Positions 45,485 through 55,833 of a stretch of 64,000 nucleotides of DNA are shown in pieces; the stretch's first letter is position 1, and each line of letters begins with the position of its first letter. The DNA comes from an uncultured Gallionella sp. (lineage in GTDB: Bacteria > Pseudomonadota > Gammaproteobacteria > Burkholderiales > Gallionellaceae). Location of the stretch: assembly GCA_964623195.1 (NCBI GenBank), contig CAZURE010000003.1, positions 19,910 through 83,909 of the forward strand, read 5' to 3'. Made by a program: the position numbers and the translations under genes. The notes under the pieces are model-generated. The model was not told where the DNA came from and did not search any database. It saw nothing but the letters and a program-made list of their open reading frames with translations.

Positions 45485-46024
45485 TTACGTTTTCAAATCC
45501 TTCAGGTAATTATCTTTCAACTGCATGTAATGCTCTGCGGAATACATAAAATATGCGATCTCTTCATCGGTCAGCTTACGCACCGCCTTGGCCGGCCTAC
45601 CCATATACAACATGCCGCTTTCAAGCACCTTGCCCTGCGTCACCATGCTACCCGCACCGATCAACACATGATCCGGGATCACTGCATCATCAAGAATGAT
45701 CGACCCCATGCCGATCAGGCACTCGTTACCTATCGTACAACCATGCAGGATCACCGAATGACCCACTGTTACATAGTCACCGATAATCAGCGGTGAGCCT
45801 GCCGGCTTTTCTGACGTCTTGTGAGAGACATGGCCCACGGAAAGATCCTGCACATTCGACCCCTGTCCGACCACAATGCGATTCACGTCACCGCGCAACA
45901 CCGCATTGCACCACACCGAACTATCGTCACCCAACGTCACATCACCGATCACCTGACTAGAAGGATGAAGATAGGCTAGCTCGCCGATGGTAGGTGAGGT
46001 ATCTATAAATGATGAAACAGCCAT
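45485..46024 (-). CDS. Gamma-carbonic anhydrase family (YrdA-like)
   Basis: LRGDVN, NVQD, TVGHSVILHGC hexapeptide repeats. Confidence 0.9.
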   Translation of the reverse strand: MAVSSFIDTSPTIGELAYLHPSSQVIGDVTLGDDSSVWCNAVLRGDVNRIVVGQGSNVQDLSVGHVSHKTSEKPAGSPLIIGDYVTVGHSVILHGCTIGNECLIGMGSIILDDAVIPDHVLIGAGSMVTQGKVLESGMLYMGRPAKAVRKLTDEEIAYFMYSAEHYMQLKDNYLKDLKT

Positions 46025-46030
46025 TCTTAA

Positions 46031-47065
46031 TTAGCCCTCCAATTTCCATTGAACAGATTCACCTGCCCTCAATGGCACAAGCTGGTGTTCACCGAATCCT
46101 ACCGTTTCAGGCACTTGCCACGCTTCCTTGCGCAACGAGACTGTAGCCGTATTGCGCGGCAGACCGTAGTAATCCGCACCGTAAAAGCTGGCAAAACCTT
46201 CCAACTTGTCGAGCGCACCCGCTGCATCAAAGGCTTCGGCATAAAACTCTATCGCAGCATGGGCGGTATAGCAGCCAGCGCAGCCGCAGGCGTTTTCTTT
46301 GGTGTGTTGCGCATGAGGCGCACTATCCGTGCCGAGAAAAAACTTGGGACTGCCGCTAGTGGCGGCACGCACCAATGCCTCACGATGTAGTTCGCGTTTG
46401 AGCACAGGCAGGCAATAATAATGCGGACGGATACCACCGACCAACATAGCGTTGCGGTTATAGAGCAAGTGATGGGCAGTGATGGTCGCGGCGATATTGT
46501 CCGGTGCTGCAGCGACAAACTCGGCAGCATTTTTAGTGGTGATGTGTTCGAACACCACGCGCAGTTCTGGCAGGTCTTTCAATAACGGTTGCAACACGCG
46601 CTCGATGAACACGGCCTCGCGGTCAAAGATGTCGATGTCCGGGCTGGTCACTTCGCCGTGAACCAGCAGCGGCATGCCGCATGCCTGCATGGCTTCTAAG
46701 GCAGGATAAGTCTTACGAATGTCGGTGACACCGGCATCGGAGTTAGTGGTCGCGCCCGCCGGATACAGCTTTACGGCATGAACGATGCCGCTGGCCTTGG
46801 CCTTTTTTATTTCATCTGCTGTCGTTTTATCTGTAAGGTACAACGTCATCAGTGGCTCGAAGTTCATCCCGTGAGGCAAGGCAGCCAGGATGCGCTCACG
46901 ATAGGCTTGTGCCTGTTCGGTACTGGTTACCGGCGGACGCAGATTGGGCATGATGATGGCGCGGGCGAATTGCCGGGCGGTATCCGGCAGTACGGACGCC
47001 ATCAGCGCATCGTCGCGCAGATGTAGATGCCAGTCATCTGGCCGGGTGATGGTGATGGTGTTCAT
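46031..47065 (-). CDS. pyrC: Dihydroorotase
   Basis: [33 protein letters not shown]; ATG at 47065. Confidence 0.97.
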   Translation of the reverse strand: MNTITITRPDDWHLHLRDDALMASVLPDTARQFARAIIMPNLRPPVTSTEQAQAYRERILAALPHGMNFEPLMTLYLTDKTTADEIKKAKASGIVHAVKLYPAGATTNSDAGVTDIRKTYPALEAMQACGMPLLVHGEVTSPDIDIFDREAVFIERVLQPLLKDLPELRVVFEHITTKNAAEFVAAAPDNIAATITAHHLLYNRNAMLVGGIRPHYYCLPVLKRELHREALVRAATSGSPKFFLGTDSAPHAQHTKENACGCAGCYTAHAAIEFYAEAFDAAGALDKLEGFASFYGADYYGLPRNTATVSLRKEAWQVPETVGFGEHQLVPLRAGESVQWKLEG

Positions 47066-47154
47066 GATAGGTTTAATTTCAGCATGATGACTGTAATCTC
47101 GTAGAAACATTTTCCTGTTATCCTATTTTACAGATATTAACGCGGAGTATTGCG

Positions 47155-47976
47155 ATGGCGATATATGCAGTGGGCGATATTCAGGGTTGCCATACCGAAT
47201 TGGTACAACTACTGGATACTATCCGCTTCGATCCGGCGGCGGATAAACTATGGCTGGTCGGTGATCTGGTCAACCGTGGCCCGGATTCACTGGAAGTGTT
47301 GCGGCTGGTCAAGTCGATGGGGGATAGCGCGATCTCCGTGCTAGGCAACCATGACCTACATCTGCTTGCAGTGGCTGAAGGCGTCGCTAAACCGCACCGT
47401 ACCGACACGCTGGACGCGATACTCAATGCACCGGATCGTGATGAACTATTGAACTGGCTCCGTCACCAGCGCCTGATTTACACCGAAGGTCACTACGTGC
47501 TGGTGCATGCCGGTCTATTGCCGCAATGGAGCGTCAGACAAGCTAGCCGCTTGGCAAATGAAGTTGAAACCGCCTTGCGCGCGGACGAATACACCGACTA
47601 TCTTGCACATATGTACGGCAATTCACCGCATAGCTGGGATGACGAACTGACAGGCTACAAACGTCTGCGCGTGATCACCAATGCCTTCACTAGGTTGCGT
47701 ATCTGTACTCCGCAGGGAGAAATGGATTTCAAATTCAAGAGTGTTTTGAAGAATATCCCCGCAGGCTATCTCCCCTGGTATGAAGCACCCGAACGTAAGA
47801 GCCCAAATGCCACAGTGGTCTTTGGTCACTGGTCGGCACTCGGGCTGATGCTCAAAGACAACGCCATCGCCCTCGACACAGGCTGTCTGTGGGGCGGCCC
47901 GATGACTGCCATCCGACTGGAAGATCGAAAATTGTTTCAAGTTGCCTGCACTAATCCGGTGGCCAAGCACTGGTAA
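47155..47976 (+). CDS. apaH: Symmetrical bis(5'-nucleosyl)-tetraphosphatase
   Basis: VGDIQGC, GDLVNRGP, LGNHDLH, FGHWSAL, DTGCLWG. Confidence 0.95.
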   Translation: MAIYAVGDIQGCHTELVQLLDTIRFDPAADKLWLVGDLVNRGPDSLEVLRLVKSMGDSAISVLGNHDLHLLAVAEGVAKPHRTDTLDAILNAPDRDELLNWLRHQRLIYTEGHYVLVHAGLLPQWSVRQASRLANEVETALRADEYTDYLAHMYGNSPHSWDDELTGYKRLRVITNAFTRLRICTPQGEMDFKFKSVLKNIPAGYLPWYEAPERKSPNATVVFGHWSALGLMLKDNAIALDTGCLWGGPMTAIRLEDRKLFQVACTNPVAKHW

Positions 47977-48002
47977 CCCCCCTAGCGTGTCCCTATACCG
48001 CT

Positions 48003-48881
48003 TTATATCTCTGCCAACAATCTCTGCATCATTCCTTCTGCCTGCCGTGCATAACCACTGCCAAACAAATTAGCGTGATTAAGAATGTGATACAGATTGT
48101 AAAGATGCTTGCGAACAGCATAGCCCTCATCAAGCGGATAAGCATCGTGATAAGCAGCATTGAAATCTCCGGAGTATCCACCAAATAGCTCAGTCATCGC
48201 TAGGTCGCATTCGCGGTCGCCATAATAGGCAGCGGGATCAAAAATGGTCGGCGTGCCATCTCCCAGATAGGCATGGTTGCCGCCCCACAAGTCGCCGTGT
48301 AACAAGGAAGGTTGGGGCATATAGCCCTCAAAAAAGGCAGGCAGCGCAGTTATTAGTTTCTCGCCCAGATGCTGCAGCCCCCCGCCATAGCCGTTTCTTG
48401 CAGCCAGCGTCAATTGAAAACCAAGACGGTGTTCTCGCCAGAAATCTATCCACGATGCTTTCCAGCCATTCGGCTGAGGTGTCGAGCCAATGAAGTTATC
48501 CTGATCGAATCCAAAGCCATTTCCAATGCAACGGTGCAGTGCGGCAAGCTGTTTGCCCAGTAATGTTGCACTACCATGCGAACCGATCTCCAAATGTTCT
48601 AGCACCAAAAAACTCTGCCCGCCCGCCTTGCCATTGGTAACGGGGGAGGGTACAAAAACGGTGTTAGTCGCCGCGATTGCTGCAAGGCCTTCCGCCTCGG
48701 CAACAAACATCTGGTGATGTCGGGAATCATTCAGCTTGACGAAATAGCGCCTGCCGTCGATGCCTTCCAGTCGATATGCGTCATTGATACTGCCACCGCC
48801 TACTGATGATGTGCGGTTTACCGTAAAAGGACATTGCGTCGCATCACTGATGGCGGATGCGACACTGTCCCAGACTGACAT
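48003..48881 (-). CDS. Fructosamine kinase family protein
   Basis: YFVK, GFDQDNFIG, LLHGDLWGGN, FDPAAYYGDRECDLAM. Confidence 0.92.
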   Translation of the reverse strand: MSVWDSVASAISDATQCPFTVNRTSSVGGGSINDAYRLEGIDGRRYFVKLNDSRHHQMFVAEAEGLAAIAATNTVFVPSPVTNGKAGGQSFLVLEHLEIGSHGSATLLGKQLAALHRCIGNGFGFDQDNFIGSTPQPNGWKASWIDFWREHRLGFQLTLAARNGYGGGLQHLGEKLITALPAFFEGYMPQPSLLHGDLWGGNHAYLGDGTPTIFDPAAYYGDRECDLAMTELFGGYSGDFNAAYHDAYPLDEGYAVRKHLYNLYHILNHANLFGSGYARQAEGMMQRLLAEI

Positions 48882-48891
48882 GGATTACGAC

Positions 48892-49830
48892 TTATAGCTG
48901 AATGGAATGACCGAAATGCTTCTGGTACAAATCTGCTAATTCGGCACGGGTATATTTATGGTTCTGTCCGCCACGACTGGCAATTTTGAGCGCTCCCATC
49001 AACGAAGCAAGGCGACCGGTCGCTTCCCAATCCCAGCCACTCTGAATACCGTACATCAAGCCTGAACGATATGCATCACCGCAACCGGTTGGATCGACGA
49101 TAGCTTCCGGCTTGGGTGTTGGAATAACGATTTGCTTGCCACCCGCATAGATCAACGATCCATCGCCACCCAAGGTAACGATCAGTGCATCAACGCGTTG
49201 TGCAAGATCATCCAGTGTCTTCCCGGTTTTGTCCTGCAACATCTTGGCTTCGTAGTCATTCACAGTGACGTAGGTGGCCTGATCAACAAAGGTCAACAGC
49301 TCAGGCCCGGAGAACATCGGCATACCCTGACCCGGATCGAAAATGAAAGGAATATCCAGATCAGCAAATTCAAGCGCATGTTGCATCATGCCTTCGCGGC
49401 CATCCGGCGATACGATTCCGAGTGATACCTCTTTAGCTGCTGCGACATTATTCAGATGAGAATGCCCCATCGCACCCGGATGGAACGCGGTAATCTGATT
49501 ATCATCAAGGTCGGTCGTGATGAAAGCCTGACCGGTGAAGTTATCCGGCACATGCTTAATATGAGACTGGGAGATACCGAGATTATCCAAGCGCGTACCA
49601 TAAGGTGCAAAATCATCGCCCACTGTCGCCATGATTAGCGGACTACCGCCCAGCATCTGCAAATTGTAGGCAATATTACCTGCACAACCACCGTATTCGC
49701 GGCGCATCTCCGGCACTAAAAAAGCGACGTTCAAGATATGTATCTGCTCGGGAAGTATGTGCTTCTTGAATTGATCCTTGAACACCATGATGGTGTCATA
49801 GGCCATAGAGCCGCAAATCAGCGTATTCAT
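48892..49830 (-). CDS. PfkB-family carbohydrate/nucleoside kinase
   Basis: GGCAGNIAY, VDPTGCGDAYRSG. Confidence 0.92.
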   Translation of the reverse strand: MNTLICGSMAYDTIMVFKDQFKKHILPEQIHILNVAFLVPEMRREYGGCAGNIAYNLQMLGGSPLIMATVGDDFAPYGTRLDNLGISQSHIKHVPDNFTGQAFITTDLDDNQITAFHPGAMGHSHLNNVAAAKEVSLGIVSPDGREGMMQHALEFADLDIPFIFDPGQGMPMFSGPELLTFVDQATYVTVNDYEAKMLQDKTGKTLDDLAQRVDALIVTLGGDGSLIYAGGKQIVIPTPKPEAIVDPTGCGDAYRSGLMYGIQSGWDWEATGRLASLMGALKIASRGGQNHKYTRAELADLYQKHFGHSIQL

Positions 49831-49904
49831 TGCAAATCCTTGTATAGATTAAAACCCGCGAATTGTACCATTCCCAAAGTGGGAAGCCGTTGGAAGCAGC
49901 GTCT

Positions 49905-50528
49905 TCATAATGCCCACCCCGCCGTTGCATCATAAGTCCTGATCTCGGCGGCTGTGGCAAATGCTTTTAATGCATCACTGTGTTTACCCTCGCTGCCTGC
50001 GATAGCCGCTTCAGCCTGAGATAATGCTGTAGCATTTGCTATAACTCGATCAACAATCACATCCAGCGTTACCCCTCTAACCGTTGCCTCCATCGCAAGC
50101 ATTGGCGCAAGCGCAGGGCTGTGTGTTGGTGGCGTGGCATTACGTGCTGTGTCATACGCCATCGCCTCTGCACGTTTTAACGACCATCCGGCTGCTTCAT
50201 AAGGTGAAGCATCGTGCACAATTTCGGCGCGTTTGAACTTAGCTATCATCCGCACCTCTTCTAGTGCCTCGGTAAGTGCACTATCTTTATCAGCCGCAAT
50301 CTCAGCAGCAGACATTGCAACTGTATCTTTCGTTCTAGTTACTACGCCATTTGCCAGCATGTCAGTGGTACTGCCTAACATCTTCATCCCGTCAGGCGGA
50401 GGCTGCCCCGATTCATCAACGAATGGATAGACACCAAGCAATGCAAGCTCTGCATCAGTCAGGTTATCTGTTCCGGTCATACTGGCTATTCCGCTCGGCT
50501 TACCAACCGTCACCACCTTCGTGGTCAT
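49905..50528 (-). CDS. Tail fibre assembly chaperone-like protein (DUF4376-like)
   Basis: YEAAGWSLKRAEA...APMLAMEATVRGVTLDVIVDRVIANA pattern; last gene after the fibres. Confidence 0.6.
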   Translation of the reverse strand: MTTKVVTVGKPSGIASMTGTDNLTDAELALLGVYPFVDESGQPPPDGMKMLGSTTDMLANGVVTRTKDTVAMSAAEIAADKDSALTEALEEVRMIAKFKRAEIVHDASPYEAAGWSLKRAEAMAYDTARNATPPTHSPALAPMLAMEATVRGVTLDVIVDRVIANATALSQAEAAIAGSEGKHSDALKAFATAAEIRTYDATAGWAL

Positions 50529-50546
50529 GTTTATATATTTTATAAT

Positions 50547-51203
50547 CTACGCTCCGTATTTAAGCCAAGTATCCTTCACAAAACCGTTCCAATATCTAGT
50601 TGTGCCTAAGAAATAATTTGATAATCCATGCCAATAGACGTAACTCACAACGCTGTTAAGCGTCAGGGATATTTCACCGCCAACGGGAGTTGCGAAGGTG
50701 TTATCAGTGAAAAGTTGTAGATATAGCGTTCCATTCACGCCAACAGTCCTATCTAGCCTTAGCCTGAAATGAACCCATGTCAGGTTGGCTATCGTTAAAG
50801 CTGGTCCAACGTTATATGACCCCGCGTGCTTTTCTAAAAGTCGGATTCTTTTGTAGGTTCTGGCTTCATCAAGTCGCACGCCTAGAAAGTTGGGGTTTTG
50901 TGTCGGTGTGAACTGGCTTGGGCTTGCGCCTATTAGGGCAAACGAAGGCTTGTTACCACCGCCGCTCATATAGAGAGAGGTATGACACGCCCAATTAAGC
51001 GTAGAGATTGACGGGATGTGCTTTGTGCTGGTGTCCTTTCTTACATTATTCATATTGATAGCGCGAATATAATCAACGGTCTCAACAAGCGGATTTCCAG
51101 CTTGCTCAAATATCGTATAAGTGGTGAAGTCCTGCTTCACACCAAGCAGGTTTCCAGAGTCACAAGCGCATCCAGCCGCAGCAGCAGCCCTCTTGTTACT
51201 CAC
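50547..51203 (-). CDS. Hypothetical beta-rich tail-associated protein (possible receptor-binding domain)
   Basis: 218 aa, overlaps the fibre stop codon, AT-richer than flanks; no family recognised. Confidence 0.45.
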   Translation of the reverse strand: MSNKRAAAAAGCACDSGNLLGVKQDFTTYTIFEQAGNPLVETVDYIRAINMNNVRKDTSTKHIPSISTLNWACHTSLYMSGGGNKPSFALIGASPSQFTPTQNPNFLGVRLDEARTYKRIRLLEKHAGSYNVGPALTIANLTWVHFRLRLDRTVGVNGTLYLQLFTDNTFATPVGGEISLTLNSVVSYVYWHGLSNYFLGTTRYWNGFVKDTWLKYGA

Positions 51204-52453
51204 AGCAGCTTCCCGTAGATGTTGCCAAGGTAGTCAACCCAGAACACGAACATATCCACACCAGCGGTTTTTAACGCGGTTCTACCTGTGTTCGCAGCAA
51301 GATAGGCGGCGATGTCAGTTGAGAACGTGCCATCCGGCAAAGACCAATTAACAGGAGTAGCCCAAGTTATAACTTGCGAACCTGCATTTTCAATTTCAAG
51401 TATAAATTCTCCACTCTTCCCCATAGCCGGAAAGTTTGAGAGCGTCAGCGTAAAGCTTCCATTACAAAGAATTCTATATTGAGTCGCTACCGAAAAATCA
51501 ACTGTCTGAGGGTTTAACGAGGAACTACCCAAGTTGACCACTTCCAACTTCACTGTTGATGGTTTATTCAGCACACCCGCCCACTCAACAGCCAATGCCT
51601 CGGCAATCTTGAATGAGACATATCCGGCTGCATTGCCTAGCTGTGTATCGTCCACGACGTGATAAAGCAGGCCGCCATCCAACTCTTTTACCTTGTCGCC
51701 GTTCTGAACTTCTGTTGTTGTGAGTGCAAAACGCGCAGCTTGATTTGCTACCGTCACCAATCTTTCTTGTGCAGCAGCAGGGATTTGGCTCAGCGGGATA
51801 ACACCGCCAACCAAATCAGCCTTTAGATCAAGTGCCCACTGCGTCAGCGTTGAGATCGGTTTATCAGCGTCGGCGGTATTGTCTACGTTGCCCAAGCCCA
51901 CTTGCGCCTTGCTGACCTGATGCGGATTATTCAGATTTTCCAGATGGGTAGTAATGCCCAACTTGTTGGCGACTTCGGCGAGTGTGCGTTTAACCCACCG
52001 CCCGGCAGAGGCCAGCAAAAAATCATCGTCATCGACAGCCAACGAATGCTGTACATATAAAGTACCCAGTCCGGCAGCGATCAGCGATTCTCCGTTCGCC
52101 ATAAAGCCTTCCCAGCTCAACGGCCTCGCACCGGCAGGGACAGACCCGATAAAATCATGGATGACAACACCGCTGGCGATCACGCGGCAGCTATAACGCG
52201 TAGGCGTGTAGCCCTCATCGTTTGCCCACAGCTCGACATCGACTTTGGGGTCAGCGCTCTCATCCCAAAATACGCCATTGACGTCGGTGCATGCCTCCAA
52301 CATTCCGGCGACACGCGCACCATCCGTCCAGACATCTGTCGCACGCCCGGTCTCATCGACCAGCTGAAATATCACTCTGGCATTGGCGACAGGTTTCAGA
52401 TTCAACCCGAGTATCGGGCTGAGCGCGTTATCCAGTTTGCGTTTGGTCGGCAT
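51200..52453 (-). CDS. Second tail fibre/receptor-binding protein
   Basis: Fibre repeat NPHQVSKAQVGLGNVDNTADADKPIS; C-terminal TLSNFP...ITWATPVNW...GVDMFVF domain. Confidence 0.7.
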   Translation of the reverse strand: MPTKRKLDNALSPILGLNLKPVANARVIFQLVDETGRATDVWTDGARVAGMLEACTDVNGVFWDESADPKVDVELWANDEGYTPTRYSCRVIASGVVIHDFIGSVPAGARPLSWEGFMANGESLIAAGLGTLYVQHSLAVDDDDFLLASAGRWVKRTLAEVANKLGITTHLENLNNPHQVSKAQVGLGNVDNTADADKPISTLTQWALDLKADLVGGVIPLSQIPAAAQERLVTVANQAARFALTTTEVQNGDKVKELDGGLLYHVVDDTQLGNAAGYVSFKIAEALAVEWAGVLNKPSTVKLEVVNLGSSSLNPQTVDFSVATQYRILCNGSFTLTLSNFPAMGKSGEFILEIENAGSQVITWATPVNWSLPDGTFSTDIAAYLAANTGRTALKTAGVDMFVFWVDYLGNIYGKLL

Positions 52454-52455
52454 GA

Positions 52456-53163
52456 TCAGTACTTGATGCAGAGCAAGATTTTAAGACCGGCTGCCAGATT
52501 GGCAGTGCCACCCCCGGTGTTGATAGACGTATCTCGCATTTGTATAAATGTGCCGTCACCCGTTTGAGCACCTGTTGCACCAGCGTAAGGGGTTCCATCA
52601 GTTCGCCCTTGAAAGGGATGAACGTGGTTCTTAACCGTACCCGTTGATTGAACACCGACATTGCCATTCGCCTGCAGCAGTGCGTGACCTTCGGGTAGAT
52701 ATGGCAAACCAAATGTGCTTGTTCCATTTCCGATGCCATAGGTCACCCCGATAGCTGCAAACAGGGCGGCATAGGTTGTTCGACTTACATTAGTCGGAAC
52801 AGTTGGTACGACCAGCGAACCGGCAGGGGCAGCAGTCCCTGCATGCATGAATATCTCGCCCGGCTTTTTGCCGTCATCTATTGCCGCATAACGTCCATCT
52901 GCCACCACCTGGGTCAACGCCTGTGAAGAGACAGTCGTATCGATCAAGTCTTGAATCGCGTTGAGCACCTGCGCATTGTTCGCACCATTGAGCGCAACCC
53001 CGGTCGCCTCTATGACGTTTGCCAGTTCTTCTTGAATCGCATTGCACCACTCAGCATTGAACTCGGTCGGGCTGACACCCTGTGCGATATCTCCGTTGCG
53101 AAATCCATCCTTACCTGATCCAAACAGGTTGGGTGATCTATTGGTCGTATCAATTCTGCGCAT
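52456..53163 (-). CDS. Tail fibre protein (Mu gp49-like N-terminus plus tail collar domain)
   Basis: AEWCNAIQEELANVIE; VSRTTYAALFAAIGVTYGIGNGTSTFGLP. Confidence 0.85.
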   Translation of the reverse strand: MRRIDTTNRSPNLFGSGKDGFRNGDIAQGVSPTEFNAEWCNAIQEELANVIEATGVALNGANNAQVLNAIQDLIDTTVSSQALTQVVADGRYAAIDDGKKPGEIFMHAGTAAPAGSLVVPTVPTNVSRTTYAALFAAIGVTYGIGNGTSTFGLPYLPEGHALLQANGNVGVQSTGTVKNHVHPFQGRTDGTPYAGATGAQTGDGTFIQMRDTSINTGGGTANLAAGLKILLCIKY

Positions 53164-53176
53164 TCATTTTCTCCTT

Positions 53177-53767
53177 CTATCGGTAAGCAAATATCACTTC
53201 GGTATCTGCCGGCTTGAATAGCCTGATGGTCTGTTCCAAAACGTCAGATCCCCAAGACGCAAGCGGGCTGTTGCAGTTGCTGTTACAAGTGGCTGAAAAA
53301 TGCCCGCCCGCTAGCGGGACATTAAGTCGCCATACGGCTCTGTCTTCCTCGCTATACAGCGAGTCATTGCAATGATTCAGACAAGTGGCGGGAGCAAATT
53401 CCGTGATCGTGACCGGTGCAAATCCGAGTGCCTCAGCCATTGCGATAAAGTGTCGGCGTGATTGCCCGCCACGCAATGTTGTTTTGGCTCTCAGTGCAGC
53501 CAGTCGCTGCTCTTTACTTAACGCCGAACCATCCGGCGCAACGTCCGACAAGCCGTATTCATATTCCCATTCAGCCAACATCGCCGACACCGTCGCGGGC
53601 ATCACCTCACGCAACAACTGAGCGGCACTGGCCTGAGCTGCATCCAAAGCTGAACCTTCTGCTGCCAGCTCGGCAGATAGCAGCACACCATTCGGATCGT
53701 ATGCCTGTGGTGGTAGCAAGCGCTTGAGTAATTCTGCGTGGCCAGTCATATTGAGAGTCGCCATCAT
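53177..53767 (-). CDS. Baseplate protein, YmfQ/Mu gp48 (DUF2313)-like
   Basis: LLPPQAYD, LAEWEYEYGL, FIAMAEALGF, FKPADT. Confidence 0.85.
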   Translation of the reverse strand: MMATLNMTGHAELLKRLLPPQAYDPNGVLLSAELAAEGSALDAAQASAAQLLREVMPATVSAMLAEWEYEYGLSDVAPDGSALSKEQRLAALRAKTTLRGGQSRRHFIAMAEALGFAPVTITEFAPATCLNHCNDSLYSEEDRAVWRLNVPLAGGHFSATCNSNCNSPLASWGSDVLEQTIRLFKPADTEVIFAYR

Positions 53768-54825
53768 GTCAGTGTCACCACACCCAACACCGCAATCTCG
53801 GAATGCGTCGCATCGACTAACGGTTGTATATTGGCAGTAGGCTCCATGAGCGCGACATCCAACACCCCCGACACACTGGTGATGATGGATTCGAGTTTGG
53901 TCTTTCGCACCACTTCTCCGAGATGGATGCCTGCAAAGAATGTTTCTAATGCTGTGTTGATTGCACTGGTCGCATCTACCAGCGTGGTATCTGATAACGT
54001 CAGCACGCCAGTGATATCAATCGGCATAAATTGAGGTGCCATCACCAGCACATCCGAGCAAGGCGGTCTGCGTGTCTCATCGTCGATATAGGCCGACACA
54101 TCCGCTATCAGTTGTGCCGATGGTAATCCGCCAGCGGCCTCAATCACGATGTCGACCGAACGGGTGTTGCGCCGTTGCGGCAACACATAGGCATCAATCA
54201 CGCCGGGTACTTCCATCGCCCACTTGTAGTAATCGTGCTTTGCACCACCTGATGGCGGCAAACGCAGATCGAACAAATAGCGCGCCAGAAAATCTGCATC
54301 GGACTCGATGTCGGTTCCGCCGCTCATCACGACGATGGCAGCCTTTGAATCTATACCAACAGGCGCAGCAGTCAGGGTTAAAGCTGTGTCTGCTGCTTGA
54401 TTGCCGGACGATCCCGTCTGCGCTGCCTGCGCTGCTATCGTTACCGTCCCGCCCGCACCGATCACATCGGCGGCTGTGGTCACAAAGGTCACGCCGCTGG
54501 TCGTTTTGGCCTCGGTGCCGATAGGCACTGCGCTACCAGTCACGCCGTTAAACTCAATCGTCCCGCTCGCAACCACGGCCGACTTACGCTGCATGCCGCG
54601 CTGACTGGCATGCAGATCAAGGTAATCGCTATCTGCTGTACTGGCCAACACCTGACGCACTAGCCACTGCTGATGCTGGTATAAGCCCTCGATTGCCGCG
54701 CTGACCGCATTGGCGCGCACTGCAAAATCAGAGTCGTCACCGGTATAAGCATCCGGGTTCTGGTTGACGATATCGCGCAGAATATCTTCGCGAATTTGAC
54801 GATAATCTTTCGATGGGAATCCCAT
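53764..54825 (-). CDS. Baseplate J-like protein (Mu gp47)
   Basis: GTDIESDADFLARY, PPSGGAKHDYYKWAMEVPGV. Confidence 0.9.
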   Translation of the reverse strand: MGFPSKDYRQIREDILRDIVNQNPDAYTGDDSDFAVRANAVSAAIEGLYQHQQWLVRQVLASTADSDYLDLHASQRGMQRKSAVVASGTIEFNGVTGSAVPIGTEAKTTSGVTFVTTAADVIGAGGTVTIAAQAAQTGSSGNQAADTALTLTAAPVGIDSKAAIVVMSGGTDIESDADFLARYLFDLRLPPSGGAKHDYYKWAMEVPGVIDAYVLPQRRNTRSVDIVIEAAGGLPSAQLIADVSAYIDDETRRPPCSDVLVMAPQFMPIDITGVLTLSDTTLVDATSAINTALETFFAGIHLGEVVRKTKLESIITSVSGVLDVALMEPTANIQPLVDATHSEIAVLGVVTLT

Positions 54826-54827
54826 TG

Positions 54828-55196
54828 TTAAATCACCTGTACCGGATGTTTGAAAGTTAATGTGTCGCCATTGGCTGCATGTGCCTCGATCAACAGTGCC
54901 AACCTTTTAGCCTGTCGTTCGGTCGATACATTTATTGCGGTAGCACGCCCGTCGGCAATGATGGGCGCGAGTGCCTGCTCGGCATACTGTCCGGCTAGCT
55001 TTGTCACGCTCGCGATGTCTTTTTCGCGAGCCAACTCATGCAAGCGGCTACCCAGTGTCGGGTTCGCCCAGTAGCTACCCAATGGCGTACTCAGACGCAG
55101 ATAGATCGCATTGATCAACCCGCCGGACGGGTCACGCTGCGCAGCACCTGCCAGCAGCTCGTAATCACGGGTATGAGGATTAATTAGTGTGTCCAT
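54828..55196 (-). CDS. Baseplate protein, Mu gp46-like
   Basis: YLRLSTPLGSYWANPTLGSRLHEL...YAEQALAP. Confidence 0.85.
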   Translation of the reverse strand: MDTLINPHTRDYELLAGAAQRDPSGGLINAIYLRLSTPLGSYWANPTLGSRLHELAREKDIASVTKLAGQYAEQALAPIIADGRATAINVSTERQAKRLALLIEAHAANGDTLTFKHPVQVI

Positions 55197-55212
55197 TACA
55201 TCTCCTTGCACA

Positions 55213-55833
55213 TTACATTTGGCCGTTTGCTGCGCCCACGCTGCCGCCGTGCGGATGGGCGTGCGTGTGACCGTTATAGATCGTGCGCATGTCAGCCATG
55301 CTGCCCGTCGTGTCGCTTATGCCCGCTACGCCGCTAGCCGCGACACTCAATGCCGTCAGCACACCACTCGCTGTCACGGTCGGGGAGGTGAGGGTGATGC
55401 CATCGGCTACTACTGTTACTTGCGGTGCGTTGAGTTCGATCAGCTCACTGGCATTGACGCGGAAGGTTTTGGTCTTCACTTCCACGACATTGCCGCGCTT
55501 GAGTACGATGCTGTCGCCCTCATCGGTGTAGAGCGCGGTTTCTCCCGGCGCGAGATTTTTCAACCGATATGAACCGTGCTCGGTGGCGATCACAATGCCA
55601 TGTGTGGTGCGCCCACCCAGCGGCAACACCACACACATCGCCCCGGCGGGCGGGTTGCTGGTGTAACCGTAATGTTGAAAATATTCGGCATCCTGCAACT
55701 GCTCACCTGCCACGCCATCGAGCTGCACCAATTGCACTGCACCCGCAGCCTTTACCAGTGTGAACACGCCTCTAAAGGCTAGGCGGATACCGGCTAACGC
55801 GCGGTGGATACGGGTGTCGATAATCTTAATCAT
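55213..55833 (-). CDS. Baseplate spike (Mu gp45/gpV)
   Basis: YFQHYGYTSNPPAGA, GETALY, C-terminal HTH iron-binding tip. Confidence 0.9.
   Translation of the reverse strand: MIKIIDTRIHRALAGIRLAFRGVFTLVKAAGAVQLVQLDGVAGEQLQDAEYFQHYGYTSNPPAGAMCVVLPLGGRTTHGIVIATEHGSYRLKNLAPGETALYTDEGDSIVLKRGNVVEVKTKTFRVNASELIELNAPQVTVVADGITLTSPTVTASGVLTALSVAASGVAGISDTTGSMADMRTIYNGHTHAHPHGGSVGAANGQM

Noticed and set aside
49831-49904. Mu right end (transposase sites, terminal CA)
   Set aside because: Gap too short and no repeated binding sites seen; it contains the host pfkB promoter-like sequence
49905-53163. Diversity-generating retroelement or invertible segment acting on the fibres
   Set aside because: No reverse transcriptase, TR/VR repeat pair, invertase or gix-like inverted repeats seen in the window
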